Counted from the first letter of the stretch, positions 47,590 through 57,597 are shown. The stretch: 64,000 nucleotides of DNA from Elusimicrobiota bacterium (GCA_037137395.1 JBAXKK010000001.1:29904-93903), one strand, 5' to 3'. Numbers and translations: made by a program. The notes: generated from the letters alone by a model not told the origin.

Positions 47590-49173
47590 ATGCCTATGGA
47601 ACTGATCGTGGCTGGGTTGCTCATTCCCGTTGAGAAAGACGGGGCTGATGAATATTTGAAAGCCGCCGCGCGCAAGTTGAATATCCAGGAAACGGGGTTA
47701 AGCGCCGGCAGGATTCTTTCAAAATCATTGGAGACCGGCGACAGACGGCAGTTCTACTATAAAGTTTCGCTGGTCGTCAGCGTTCCTTCCGGCTATAAGA
47801 ATAAAGAAAATTTTCAGCTATACTCCGAAAAGCCGGCCTCGCTTCATAAGGTGGCGCCGGCCGGTCAGAGGCCCGTTATAATCGGTTTCGGCCCAGCCGG
47901 GATGTTCGCCGCGCTGGAGCTTATCGAGTACGGGCTTAAGCCGCTGATTTTTGAAAGGGGCAAAAGGCTGGAAGATCGCCACATTGACGTGCAGAGATTT
48001 ATAAGCGACCGGACGCTGTGTCCCGAGTCAAACATCCAGTTTGGAGAAGGCGGCGCCGGCGCTTATTCCGACGGAAAGCTGTTTTCAAGGCGTAATAATT
48101 CTATTTACGTCAGCAAGGTTTTGGACACTTTTATTAAATTTGGCGCGCCGGCGGAAATAGGGTATATCGCCAAGCCCCATCTGGGGACCGAGGTCCTGCG
48201 CAGGATAGTGGCCAATATCAGGAACCACATTCTTGAGCGGGGCGGCGAGATACAATACGGCGCAAAAATGACGGACATCATCATCTTTGAGGGTAAAGCT
48301 GAGGGCGTTGTAATAAATGATTCTGCGCGCTACCTTTGTTCGGGCGTGTACCTGGCTATCGGCCATTCTGCGCGCGACACCTTTGAGCTGCTGCATAAAA
48401 AAAGCGTCAGCCTTGAGGCTAAGCCCATCTCGGTCGGAGTGAGAGTTGAGCACCCGGCCGCGACTATTAACCTTATCAGATACGGCGACAAATATAGGGA
48501 CTTTCCCGGCATAGGGGCCGCCACCTATTCTTTTAACTGCACGAACCGTAAAACAGGCCGGGGCGCGTACACCTTCTGCATGTGCCCCGGCGGCGAGGTC
48601 GTGAACGCGTCCTCCGAGGAAGGCGGGCTTGCGCTGAACGGCATGAGTTACTCGGCAAGAGACTCGGCATTCTCAAACTCCGCCATCGCTGTAACCTGTC
48701 GCGTGGCGGATTATGGATCGGCGCATCCGCTGGCTGGTATTGAATTCCAGAAGGATATTGAGCGTAAAGCCTTCGCGGCGGGCGGGGGAAACTGGAAAGC
48801 GCCGGCGCAGAACCTTAGGGATTTCTTAAAAGGAACAATTTCGGCCGCGCTAAATAATAATTCCTGCAAAATGGGGACGCAGAGCGCTGACATCAGCGCT
48901 ATCTTTCCGGACTTCATCGGCGAAACGCTCCGCGCCGCTTTTAGTCAGTGGGAAACAGAATGCCCCTTATTCGCGGGTGATGACGCGATACTGATGGGGC
49001 CGGAAACAAGAACCTCCTCGCCCGTAAGACTGAGGCGGAGGAAAAATTTTGAATCTTTAAATATACGAAACCTCTACCCGATCGGAGAAGGGTCGGGGTA
49101 TAGCGGGGGGATAACCAGCTCCGCCGCGGACGCAATAAAAGCCGTGGAGACCGCGCTGTATTCTTTGAATTGA
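47590..49173 (+). CDS. Uncharacterised FAD-dependent oxidoreductase (COG2509-like)
   Basis: GFGPAG, FGEGGAGAYSDGKL, FCMCPGG, ETRTSSP, GEGSGYSGGI.S.A.D. Confidence 0.92.
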   Translation: MPMELIVAGLLIPVEKDGADEYLKAAARKLNIQETGLSAGRILSKSLETGDRRQFYYKVSLVVSVPSGYKNKENFQLYSEKPASLHKVAPAGQRPVIIGFGPAGMFAALELIEYGLKPLIFERGKRLEDRHIDVQRFISDRTLCPESNIQFGEGGAGAYSDGKLFSRRNNSIYVSKVLDTFIKFGAPAEIGYIAKPHLGTEVLRRIVANIRNHILERGGEIQYGAKMTDIIIFEGKAEGVVINDSARYLCSGVYLAIGHSARDTFELLHKKSVSLEAKPISVGVRVEHPAATINLIRYGDKYRDFPGIGAATYSFNCTNRKTGRGAYTFCMCPGGEVVNASSEEGGLALNGMSYSARDSAFSNSAIAVTCRVADYGSAHPLAGIEFQKDIERKAFAAGGGNWKAPAQNLRDFLKGTISAALNNNSCKMGTQSADISAIFPDFIGETLRAAFSQWETECPLFAGDDAILMGPETRTSSPVRLRRRKNFESLNIRNLYPIGEGSGYSGGITSSAADAIKAVETALYSLN

Positions 49174-49179
49174 TATAAT
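49171..49179 (+). promoter_or_regulatory. Extended -10 promoter (TGATATAAT)
   Basis: Consensus TGn-TATAAT overlapping the upstream stop codon. Confidence 0.5.
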
Positions 49180-49200
49180 TAAGATCCGTATGAAAGCCTT

Positions 49201-50250
49201 ATGAAAGCCTTCCGCGTTTTTGCCGTGCCGGTTCTCCTGCTGCCCGTGGTTTTCGCGGTGACGCTCCTGCTGTCTTTACAATGGGAAAGAGAGTTTGTTG
49301 TTTATCCTGCGGGGCCGGATCTGCCCCGCTTTCAGTCCGCAGATGAAGAGGAAGCGGGAGAGGTTGACGGATCAGAGGCGGCGGAAGAAGAAAGCTCTGT
49401 ACAGAACAGAGAAGAAAAGGGAACGGCGCAGAGGATACGACGCGCGAGCGGTAAGCTGGAGGCTACATATCGTTTTCTCAATTTTAACAAAGACAAACTT
49501 AATATCTCTTTTTCCATGGCCGAGGAGGAATACCGTGAGTATCTGTCCGGCTACGGTTACTCCGACGATAAACTGTCAAACCTGAACCAATGGCGGGAGA
49601 GCGCCCGCCGTAAGGAATGGGACAAAGCCGTAAAAAAGGGCGGGGAGGCAGCGGGTAAAGAGGCGTTGAAGGCGGTGGAATGGGAATATAAAGTCCGATT
49701 AAATGAATTTTTTAATTCCCGCGGATTTGCGCTTCTGCCCGGCAATATTATTGTCTGCGACATCCCGGCCATTGTAAAGCGCAACATTCCGTTTTTAAAA
49801 CCCATGGCCCTGGCTTTTCAGAAGATATCAGAGGCCAGGGGGTATGGACCCGAGGAGACGGTTGGGGCGGTTCTCTCAATGGCGCAGACGGCCCTGCTCT
49901 ATAAAATACCGGCGATGATGGAGGGCGGCCTTCACACCGGCGGCTTATTGCCCCCGGGCAGAGCGCTGCTCAGCGGCTGGGGGGACTGCGACACCAAAAC
50001 AGCGCTGGCGGCTTCAATTCTCGGGAGCTGGAGCGGGATGCGCCTGGTTGGGGTTTCCGTGCCGGGCCACTACCTTATGGCAATAAGAAGAATCCCGGCC
50101 AAAGGCGACTTGTTTGTAAGATATGACGGACTTGAATATGTGCTGATAGAGCCGGCGGGTCCCGCGTGGCTTGAGCCGGGCACAGTGGGAAGAAACACCT
50201 CCGCGCTGTTGCAAGGGGCGGAGGGATATAAAATTGAGCCATTTTTTTAA
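49201..50250 (+). CDS. Membrane-anchored transglutaminase-like cysteine protease-fold protein
   Basis: N-terminal TM; GDCDTK...PGHYLMAI...LIEPAG (putative Cys-His-Glu triad). Confidence 0.7.
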   Translation: MKAFRVFAVPVLLLPVVFAVTLLLSLQWEREFVVYPAGPDLPRFQSADEEEAGEVDGSEAAEEESSVQNREEKGTAQRIRRASGKLEATYRFLNFNKDKLNISFSMAEEEYREYLSGYGYSDDKLSNLNQWRESARRKEWDKAVKKGGEAAGKEALKAVEWEYKVRLNEFFNSRGFALLPGNIIVCDIPAIVKRNIPFLKPMALAFQKISEARGYGPEETVGAVLSMAQTALLYKIPAMMEGGLHTGGLLPPGRALLSGWGDCDTKTALAASILGSWSGMRLVGVSVPGHYLMAIRRIPAKGDLFVRYDGLEYVLIEPAGPAWLEPGTVGRNTSALLQGAEGYKIEPFF

Positions 50251-50306
50251 AAGCGACTGACGCGAATCCGGCGGCCTTTCGCGCCGGCCGCGCAAATGGA
50301 GGAAGC

Positions 50307-50846
50307 ATGTTTAACACAAGAGTGATAGTCAGCCTGTTTGAATTCGCGCTCGCGGTGGCGATGTCCGGGTTGATAATAGCCCTGACTTACAAGGTGTTTA
50401 TAAGGGCAAATCCGGACTTTGACATGGAGGCAGAAATAAAAAAAGGCAACACCGCGGTAGGCGCGCTGATGGCGGCGATACTTTTATCAGCCTCCATGAT
50501 AGTTCAGAAGGGTATGGGCGCCGTGGTCAGTATGTTTCGTCTCTATATTTCCGCTCCCGGCGAGAGCCAGTTCGGATTGGGGAAACTGACGCTGCTCTGT
50601 CTCGGCCATCTTGGCATTTCAATGCTGCTTGCCGTGATCACTATTTCGGTCACGCTGAGGCTTTTCGGCAGGTTGGATAAAAGCCTGCATGCCGGCAAAG
50701 AACTCCAGAAGGGAAACCTGGCGGTGGGAATACTGCTCGCGGGCGTCGTGTTGGTGGCAGCGCTTTACGTGGGGGAGGGAGTCAGTTCCATTTCAAAAGC
50801 CATGGTCCCACAGCCGTCTATAGGCCGCATAGAGATAATGAAATAG
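50307..50846 (+). CDS. DUF350-like membrane protein
   Basis: Duplicated E(I/L).KGN.AVG motif; 4 TM segments; GGAGG RBS. Confidence 0.8.
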   Translation: MFNTRVIVSLFEFALAVAMSGLIIALTYKVFIRANPDFDMEAEIKKGNTAVGALMAAILLSASMIVQKGMGAVVSMFRLYISAPGESQFGLGKLTLLCLGHLGISMLLAVITISVTLRLFGRLDKSLHAGKELQKGNLAVGILLAGVVLVAALYVGEGVSSISKAMVPQPSIGRIEIMK

Positions 50847-50891
50847 CGGGCGCGGCCGCTTTGTCTTAAATACTTTACCCCGGAGGCATAA

Positions 50892-51404
50892 ATGGAGCAG
50901 ATTATATTGGACGTCAGAGAGCAGGACGAATTCGCGGCCGAGCATATCCCGGGGTCTATCTGGGTGCCGCTCTCTCAATTCGGCCATACTGCCCCTGGTG
51001 TCCTGCAGTCAATGCTGGGCAGGAAAATAATTATTATGTGCCGGAGCGGGAGCAGAGCGAAGCTCGCCCTTGAACAGATTTCGCAACTGGGCTTCGGCGC
51101 CCAGCTCTCAGCTGAGGTTTATGCCGGCGGAATACTGGAGTGGGCCAGGCAGGGGCGGCCGCTGGTGACTAGTAGGAGCGCGCGCCTGCCTATCATGCGG
51201 CAGGTGCAGGTAGCCGCGGGTTTTGGGGTGCTGGCGTCCGTGCTGCTTGGTTTCAGCGTGGACCAGCGGCTGGCCTGGGTGGCCGCTTTTATCGGGGCCG
51301 GGCTAATATTCGCGGGGATAACCGGTTTCTGCGGGTTGGCGAAGCTGCTCGCGCTCATGCCCTGGAATAAAACGGGGTCATCGCAGGATTGCAGCTGCGG
51401 ATAA
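50892..51404 (+). CDS. Rhodanese plus DUF2892 membrane protein (YgaP-like)
   Basis: DVREQDEF...HIPG, CRSGSR, RQVQ..AG, GFCGLA..L..MPWN. Confidence 0.9.
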   Translation: MEQIILDVREQDEFAAEHIPGSIWVPLSQFGHTAPGVLQSMLGRKIIIMCRSGSRAKLALEQISQLGFGAQLSAEVYAGGILEWARQGRPLVTSRSARLPIMRQVQVAAGFGVLASVLLGFSVDQRLAWVAAFIGAGLIFAGITGFCGLAKLLALMPWNKTGSSQDCSCG

Positions 51405-51438
51405 GCTGGTAAAGTTTATATATTTCAGAAGAGACGCG

Positions 51439-51472
51439 CCGCCGGGATCGTACGCCCGGCGGTTTTTGTTTT
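51439..51472 (+). terminator. Rho-independent terminator
   Basis: CCGCCGGG/CCCGGCGG stem followed by TTTTTGTTTT. Confidence 0.8.
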
Positions 51473-51525
51473 CAGGGTGAGGGTAAAAATATTTATCGCG
51501 GAAAGCTGTAACTGCAGCTTTCAGG

Positions 51526-52590
51526 CTAGCGGGTTATCTTTTGGTCCGCGCCGAAGATGTGGGCTATGAGCGCGGCCCTGGCCCACATGCCGTTGCGCTC
51601 CTGCCGCCAGAAAACGGCCCGCGGATCCGCGTCCACCGATATCTCTATCTCGTTTCTTCTGGGCAGGGGATGCATTATGACGCAGGTCTTTTTGATAAGC
51701 TTCAGGTGCTCGGACCTGAAATAAAAAGGTGAGTAGTCCACGGCTTTGGATTCGCCGGAGTGGTCGTGCTCGTCCTGAATGCGGGTCATGTAGATGGCGT
51801 CGGCTTCGCCCATGACAGATCTGAAGTCCCCGGTTTCCGTAAAAGGAATATGGTGGCGCTTCAGAAACTCCAGGATATCAGGCTCCATGCGGAACTCCTC
51901 GGGGGAAACAAAAGCCAGCGAGATATTCTTATAGTTCTTCATCAGATAAGTGAGCGAACGCACGGTCCTGCCGCGCTTCAGATCTCCGACCATTACTATC
52001 TTCTTGTTATCCATGTCTCCGTTGAAGCTGCGGTAAAGCGTGTAAGAGTCCAGAAGGGCCTGGGTGGGATGCTGGTCCTTGCCTGAGCCGCCGTTTATTA
52101 TGGGGACGGGCCGGTTGGTGAGGTTCATCAGCCACGCGGTTTTTTCTACGAAGCCGGGGGTGGGATGGCGCATTATTATCATGTCCACGTAACTGGAGAA
52201 GGTGCGCACGGTGTCTTCCGGACTTTCGCCTTTAACCTCTGAGGAGGTGGAGGTGTCCCGTATCTCGGAAGTTTTTACGCCGAGTATGTGGCAGGCGTTC
52301 AGGAACGAGAGGAAAGTTCTGGTGGACGGCTGGACGAAATAAAGCATGGCGCGCGTGTGCGAGAGAAGGCTGCCGGCGTGATCCATGCCTTCTTTTTTTT
52401 GCGTTATATCCCTTAGCGTGTCGGCGGTTTTGAAAAGGCTGGTCAGAAGTTTCCGGTCAAACTGCTGGGCGAAAAGACAATCATAAAGCCGGCCGTCCCG
52501 GCTGAAGAAAGGGATCTTCTCGGACACATTCTTTTTATAGAAATCGTCCCAGTTCGCGTTCACGCTGGTCATTTTCAGAGTTCTTTCCAT
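51526..52590 (-). CDS. pyrB: Aspartate carbamoyltransferase catalytic subunit
   Basis: PSTRT..SF, KGES..DT, HPTQALLD, GDLKRGRTVRSL, TRIQ, MHPLPR; GAAGGA before ATG 52590. Confidence 0.95.
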   Translation of the reverse strand: MERTLKMTSVNANWDDFYKKNVSEKIPFFSRDGRLYDCLFAQQFDRKLLTSLFKTADTLRDITQKKEGMDHAGSLLSHTRAMLYFVQPSTRTFLSFLNACHILGVKTSEIRDTSTSSEVKGESPEDTVRTFSSYVDMIIMRHPTPGFVEKTAWLMNLTNRPVPIINGGSGKDQHPTQALLDSYTLYRSFNGDMDNKKIVMVGDLKRGRTVRSLTYLMKNYKNISLAFVSPEEFRMEPDILEFLKRHHIPFTETGDFRSVMGEADAIYMTRIQDEHDHSGESKAVDYSPFYFRSEHLKLIKKTCVIMHPLPRRNEIEISVDADPRAVFWRQERNGMWARAALIAHIFGADQKITR

Positions 52591-52607
52591 ATGGTCCTTC
52601 CGGTGAT

Positions 52608-53144
52608 TTAATTTTCGTCTTTTTTGAGCAAAGCTTCGATGTGCAGGTTGTTCGCCCTGTCGAGCTTGACCTTTGCCGTTACCGAGCCGCTGCGCGCGTC
52701 CTTGAGCGGGTCGTTCTCGTTCAGGAAGAATTTCTCGATGCCGTAATATATGCGCGGGCCGCGCCAGGAGTCCGCCTGGACTCTGCCGCGGGCCCATAGG
52801 CTGTCCGGGGAGGACGGCGGGCGGGGCGCGCAGTTAGCGGCCTCGTAGATCGGCAGGACTTTGCCCTGCGCAGTTACGGTCCGGGTGCTTTTCCGCAGGT
52901 TGACGTAGAGGGTTTCCCAGCCCTGAATTTTCAATAAGTCCCGGCAGTCGCCGGTCTGAGGGTCCCCTATGGCGTAATTCAGGGCCACATAGGTGCCGCT
53001 AAGGAGGTCGCGTGGGTCCACGGGTTCGGTCTCAAGATATATTTCATCGGGGCCGGCGGTCTTGTCCATGGTGAGCAGATAGCCGCCCCAGATCGTGAAG
53101 AACGCAAGTTGTATTATAAGCGCCGCGCGGAGTTTGCTCGTCAT
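52608..53144 (-). CDS. GDYXXLXY-domain protein
   Basis: PVDPRDLLSGTYVALNY, YGIEKFF; typical partner of DUF2157. Confidence 0.85.
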   Translation of the reverse strand: MTSKLRAALIIQLAFFTIWGGYLLTMDKTAGPDEIYLETEPVDPRDLLSGTYVALNYAIGDPQTGDCRDLLKIQGWETLYVNLRKSTRTVTAQGKVLPIYEAANCAPRPPSSPDSLWARGRVQADSWRGPRIYYGIEKFFLNENDPLKDARSGSVTAKVKLDRANNLHIEALLKKDEN

Positions 53145-54511
53145 TTTTTCACCGCCGCGTCTATCAGGGCTTTCCTGCCCTTATTCATGATATAGGCCAG
53201 GCCGGCGAACGCGAGCCCCGCCGTTATGAAGGCCACGCCGCTCCTCAGCAGGTTGCCGAAAATATCCACGAACCTCGTGACTATTATAAGGAAGATCAGC
53301 GCCACGCCGGAGTTTATCCGCTTTTCATTCGAGCCGCCTGAGCCGTCCGTGATCAGGGCCAGGCCGGTTAGCAGGAGCAGCAGGTTGGCGCCCACCGCTA
53401 TTATTTTAGCGCTGGATTCGCTGGCGTCAAAGAGGAGGAAGACCATGACCATAGAGGCCACCAGTCCCGTTTTAGCGGCGGTTTCACGCCAGGTTTCCCC
53501 GCCGAAGATCTTGAAAGGCAGGCCCACAGTAAGCGTCACGGCCGCGGCGAAGACCAGCCAGACTCCCGCCACCCCCGCCGCGGCGTCGTTGTGATAGGCG
53601 ACTTCGTGCGACGAGTAGTGCCAGAAAAAAGTCATGGCGTAGACTGCCGCGATCCAGGCCAGGGCCGGGAGCCTGGAGCCGCCCTCGTCATCCTGGCTTA
53701 AAGTCAGCCAGATCACGGTCAAGGAGATGAGGGCCAGCATTACGAAAACCAGGCTCTTGAGCTGGAGGGTCGTGGGGCTTATGAAAGCGAAGAACAGCCA
53801 GGCAAGCGCCAGGCCGGTGAGGCGGGCCAGCCCTCCAGTTTTGATCTTGTAAAAATACATGGCGAACGCGGTGCCGAGGAGCAAAGGCGGCCAGCACCAG
53901 TGTAGAAGCGGGGCTTCGGCTGAGCCGCGCGCGTAGGATCCTACCAGGGAGATCATGTTAACAGAGTTGAAGCTGCCGTAATACAGGATAACGAAGGAAA
54001 GGATAGAAGCCAGTACGGCATAGATCCTGCGGGGCGAGAAAATGGCAAGCGGCAGGACCAGGGCCAGCCAGACCAGGTAGGGCTTTACGGGGTCTCCGCT
54101 GAGGTTGAAGATCTGGGCGTAAAGGCCTATGCCTATCACAGGCATGAAGAACCACAGGACTCCGGCGGGCATAGAAACGGCAGGCTTATCCTCGCAGCGG
54201 ATGGCGGCTTCCGCTACGGCGGCGAAAACCGCCAGGTAGGCCAGCATCTTGGCGGCCGCGCCGATCTTGTCCCAGTTGGAGGCCACTACCAGCGAGATGC
54301 CGGTGGATATCATGAGCCCGGCCATGAGGCCTATCCAGTGGGCGGCTTTGAAAGAGGCGAACAGGCGTTTGGAATAGATATTTTCGTAAAGAGCGTCCGA
54401 TTGCTGCGGAGTGATGAGTCCGTCGGCGGAGGCCGCGGCCAGATCTGTTTTAAGGCGTTTATAATATGAAGCCATTGCGTGTGCAGGTGCCGTATCTGGA
54501 GCTGCGCTCAA
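53141..54511 (-). CDS. DUF2157 family membrane protein
   Basis: GLITPQQ, VASNWDKI....K, AQIFNLSG. Confidence 0.85.
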   Translation of the reverse strand: MSAAPDTAPAHAMASYYKRLKTDLAAASADGLITPQQSDALYENIYSKRLFASFKAAHWIGLMAGLMISTGISLVVASNWDKIGAAAKMLAYLAVFAAVAEAAIRCEDKPAVSMPAGVLWFFMPVIGIGLYAQIFNLSGDPVKPYLVWLALVLPLAIFSPRRIYAVLASILSFVILYYGSFNSVNMISLVGSYARGSAEAPLLHWCWPPLLLGTAFAMYFYKIKTGGLARLTGLALAWLFFAFISPTTLQLKSLVFVMLALISLTVIWLTLSQDDEGGSRLPALAWIAAVYAMTFFWHYSSHEVAYHNDAAAGVAGVWLVFAAAVTLTVGLPFKIFGGETWRETAAKTGLVASMVMVFLLFDASESSAKIIAVGANLLLLLTGLALITDGSGGSNEKRINSGVALIFLIIVTRFVDIFGNLLRSGVAFITAGLAFAGLAYIMNKGRKALIDAAVKK

Positions 54512-54610
54512 CGGACGGCCATGTTTCCCCTTATACTATGGATTATATTAATTATTATCAAATATTACTAAAGATTGTGAACACGCCTGATGTTTTATAG
54601 AATCTAGGCC

Positions 54611-56380
54611 GTGAATATCGATAAAGAACGACTGCGGAAGATGGGGTGGTTCGCGGGGTTTGCCCTGGCTTTATCGGCTTTTTTTTTACCTGTCATCAAT
54701 CCTGACATCTTCTGGCACTTTTCAGCCGCCCGCTATATTACTGAACATTTGAGCGTGCCGCGTACCGATTTTCTGGCCTGGACTATGCCGGGCAGGGAGT
54801 GGGTGGATTTTGAATGGCTGAGCCAGCTTATACTGTACGCTCTGTACAAACTTGGCGGGTTCAGGTTGTTGGTGCTGTTTAAAGGCGCGCTGCTGGCCGC
54901 GACTGCGGTTATCTCCTGGCGCACCGCCGCCTTAGGCGGCCGGAACAGAGGGGCCTGGCTTTATATGCCGCTCTTCGCCGCTGGTATAATAACCAACAGC
55001 GATCTGCGGCCGGAGAACTTCTCGCTGCTCTTTTTCGCTTTACTGCTTTACAGGCTGGAGCGCGAGCGGGTGTGTGGCGCGCCCCGGTTTAATTTTCGCG
55101 ACGGGGCCCTGACCGCTCTTTTCTTCTCCGTCTGGACCAACCTGCACGCCGGCTATCTATACGGGCTGGTGCTGCTGGCTATTTACTTCCTGGGAGGGTT
55201 TGCAAGCGCGGCCCTGCCCTTTATACAAGGCCGGGGCGCCGGCCTCCTGCCGGGGCGGTATAGCGCGTATCTGAAATACGCCATCATAGGCCTGGCCGCC
55301 ACCCTGGTTAACCCTTACGGCTGGAGGATATACGGCGTCATCCTCAACCATCAGAAATATATCGGACTGCTGCAGGATTATATACAAGAGTGGAATACTT
55401 TTGACCTGACCAATCTTTACCAGGCGCCCTATATCATAACCCTCGCGGGAGTATTTGGGCTTTTCCTGTGGCGTTTCATCAGGACCAGGGAGATAGTTTA
55501 CGAGCACTTCGGGGCGCTTATCTTCTTCGCCTACGCCTCGTCTAATCATTCCAGGCATATCCCGTTCTTTATGATGACCGCGCTGCCGTATTCCGTGGCG
55601 ATGCTCAGTCCGGACGCGGTGGAAGGCATGCGTAAATATTCGCTGCGCGCGTTTCAGTCCTTGGCTATGGTTGCGGTAATTCTTTACTACAACGCCCTGA
55701 TCTGGCCCCGGTACACCGGCGGCTCCACGATGTTTGAATCATATTCAGAAGGGGTTTCCGATTTTCTTAAAGCCAATAAAGTCCGGCTTTCGGGCCTGCG
55801 GCTCTTCAATTATTGGGGCTGGGGGGGATTTCTGGGCTATAAACTCTATCCTGACTATAAGGTTTTTATAGACGGACGGTATCTTTTTCACGAGAAGCTT
55901 GAGGAGGCTGTTAGCGTGGGATCTTCTCCCGAATTGTGGGGAAAGTTTATTGAAAAATATAAATTTGACCTCGCGGTAATCACTCTCGATAATAATAAGA
56001 TCACGGTCAAACGCAAACTGCCCGGCGGTCGCGAGGTCATCTTCTGGCGTCCGGCTTATCTTTTTTACCTCCCTAAAAAAGAGTGGGCCGTAATCTACTG
56101 GGATTACCGCGCGGCCGTTCTGGTGCGCAGGCAGGCGGTGGACCCGGTCTGGCTCTCGGGTATGGAATACAGGTATTTCAGGCCCGCTGATTCAGTGAAT
56201 ATCGTCCTGCCGGTACTTGAAGGTGAGATCCGCCTTTCCGAGCTGGATACGGAGATAAGGCGCTATCTTAAAAGCAATACTGTTTACCACGAGCAGAGCA
56301 GCGTAACCGCGGAGGTTCTGAAGTATCAGAACGCCATAAAGAAGCTCTGCAGGGAGAATACCGCAAAATGCCGGCCCTGA
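54611..56380 (+). CDS. Multi-pass membrane protein, probable GT-C fold
   Basis: PDIFWH, EWLSQ, RPE, WTNLHAG, NPYG, IQEW, WGGFL, FIDGR. Confidence 0.7.
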   Translation: MNIDKERLRKMGWFAGFALALSAFFLPVINPDIFWHFSAARYITEHLSVPRTDFLAWTMPGREWVDFEWLSQLILYALYKLGGFRLLVLFKGALLAATAVISWRTAALGGRNRGAWLYMPLFAAGIITNSDLRPENFSLLFFALLLYRLERERVCGAPRFNFRDGALTALFFSVWTNLHAGYLYGLVLLAIYFLGGFASAALPFIQGRGAGLLPGRYSAYLKYAIIGLAATLVNPYGWRIYGVILNHQKYIGLLQDYIQEWNTFDLTNLYQAPYIITLAGVFGLFLWRFIRTREIVYEHFGALIFFAYASSNHSRHIPFFMMTALPYSVAMLSPDAVEGMRKYSLRAFQSLAMVAVILYYNALIWPRYTGGSTMFESYSEGVSDFLKANKVRLSGLRLFNYWGWGGFLGYKLYPDYKVFIDGRYLFHEKLEEAVSVGSSPELWGKFIEKYKFDLAVITLDNNKITVKRKLPGGREVIFWRPAYLFYLPKKEWAVIYWDYRAAVLVRRQAVDPVWLSGMEYRYFRPADSVNIVLPVLEGEIRLSELDTEIRRYLKSNTVYHEQSSVTAEVLKYQNAIKKLCRENTAKCRP

Positions 56381-57597
56381 TCACCGAGCTGAAAAAACAT
56401 CCGCTGGCCCTCTTCGCCGATTTCAGGCGGCTGTTCGCCGGCCGCGTCGTTTCGGCCGTGGGGGATAAGTTTTTTTCAATAGCTATAGCCTGGTGGGTTC
56501 TGACGAAAGCGGGTGAAGATTCCAGATTCCAACTTGGTCTTATAATGGCGGTTAATGTCATTCCTGTCATTATTTTCGGACCCTTCCTGGGAACGCTGGC
56601 TGATCGTTCCGACAAGCGGCGCGTTATGCTGGCGGCCGACGCCGCGCGCGCGGCGCTGATGCTGGTCCTGGCCGGATTTTTATGGGCGGACCGGCTTACG
56701 CTCGGCTGGCTTTACGCTCTTTGTTTTTTAATTTCGGCTTTCGGGCCGCTTTTTGAGTCCGCGGTGGCCGCGTCTATCGCGCGCCTCACCTCTCCTGAGA
56801 AGCTGCCGGCTGCGGTGGCGGCGGATTCCTCTGTGATGCAGCTGTCAAACGTCGTGGGTTCGGCTTTGGGCAGCATCCTGATGGCCGCGGCCGGCGTGGC
56901 CGGGGCTTTCTTTTTTAACGCCGCTTCTTATCTGGTTTCTTTCGGGGCGGTGTGGATGGTTAAAACTCCGCTGACGCCTGAGCCGCGCGGCGGAGCGACC
57001 TTCGCGGATGAATTCCGCGGGGGGCTGGCGTATATCTTCGGCAATAAGCCGGTCAGGGCGCTTATACTTGCCTTTGCCGCTTTTAATTTTTTTGTGGGGC
57101 CGATCCTTATTCTGATACCTATGATAGTCAGATTCACGCTTAACGAGTCGGTAACCTGGCTTGCGGTGTTCGAGACTTTTTTCGCTCTGGGTTCGGCCGC
57201 CCTGGCTGTCGGTCTGAGTTTTAAAAAGGAGTATGGAAATATTTACGGGTGGTTCTTCGCTTCGCTGCTGATGGTGGGGTTTTCTTTCGGAGGACTTTAT
57301 TTCACCGTTAATAAAACTCTTATCTGCGCGCTGCTTTTCGCCGCCGGAGCGGCGCTGGGGGCGGGCAACGCGGTCGCGCTGACGCTGTTCCAGTCTACTG
57401 TGCCAGAAAAAATGAAGGGGCGCTTCTTCGCGGTGCTAACCACGCTGGCCTACGCAGTCCTGCCTTTGACCTTTATGCTTAACGGCGCGCTGGCGGAAAA
57501 ATTCTCCATCGGGTTCTCGATAGCGCTCAACGCCTCGGCGGTTCTGGCGCTTTCCTTCGCAGTTCTGCTGCTTCCCAGAATAGAGTATAAAAGTTGA
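56368..57597 (+). CDS. MFS transporter (DHA3/MefA-like)
   Basis: 12 TM segments; G.LADR..KRRVM..AD..R; P...KGR. Confidence 0.92.
   Translation: MPALITELKKHPLALFADFRRLFAGRVVSAVGDKFFSIAIAWWVLTKAGEDSRFQLGLIMAVNVIPVIIFGPFLGTLADRSDKRRVMLAADAARAALMLVLAGFLWADRLTLGWLYALCFLISAFGPLFESAVAASIARLTSPEKLPAAVAADSSVMQLSNVVGSALGSILMAAAGVAGAFFFNAASYLVSFGAVWMVKTPLTPEPRGGATFADEFRGGLAYIFGNKPVRALILAFAAFNFFVGPILILIPMIVRFTLNESVTWLAVFETFFALGSAALAVGLSFKKEYGNIYGWFFASLLMVGFSFGGLYFTVNKTLICALLFAAGAALGAGNAVALTLFQSTVPEKMKGRFFAVLTTLAYAVLPLTFMLNGALAEKFSIGFSIALNASAVLALSFAVLLLPRIEYKS

Noticed and set aside
52591-52797. N-terminal extension of pyrB in the ORF track
   Set aside because: It overlaps the GDYXXLXY gene, and an SD precedes ATG 52590.
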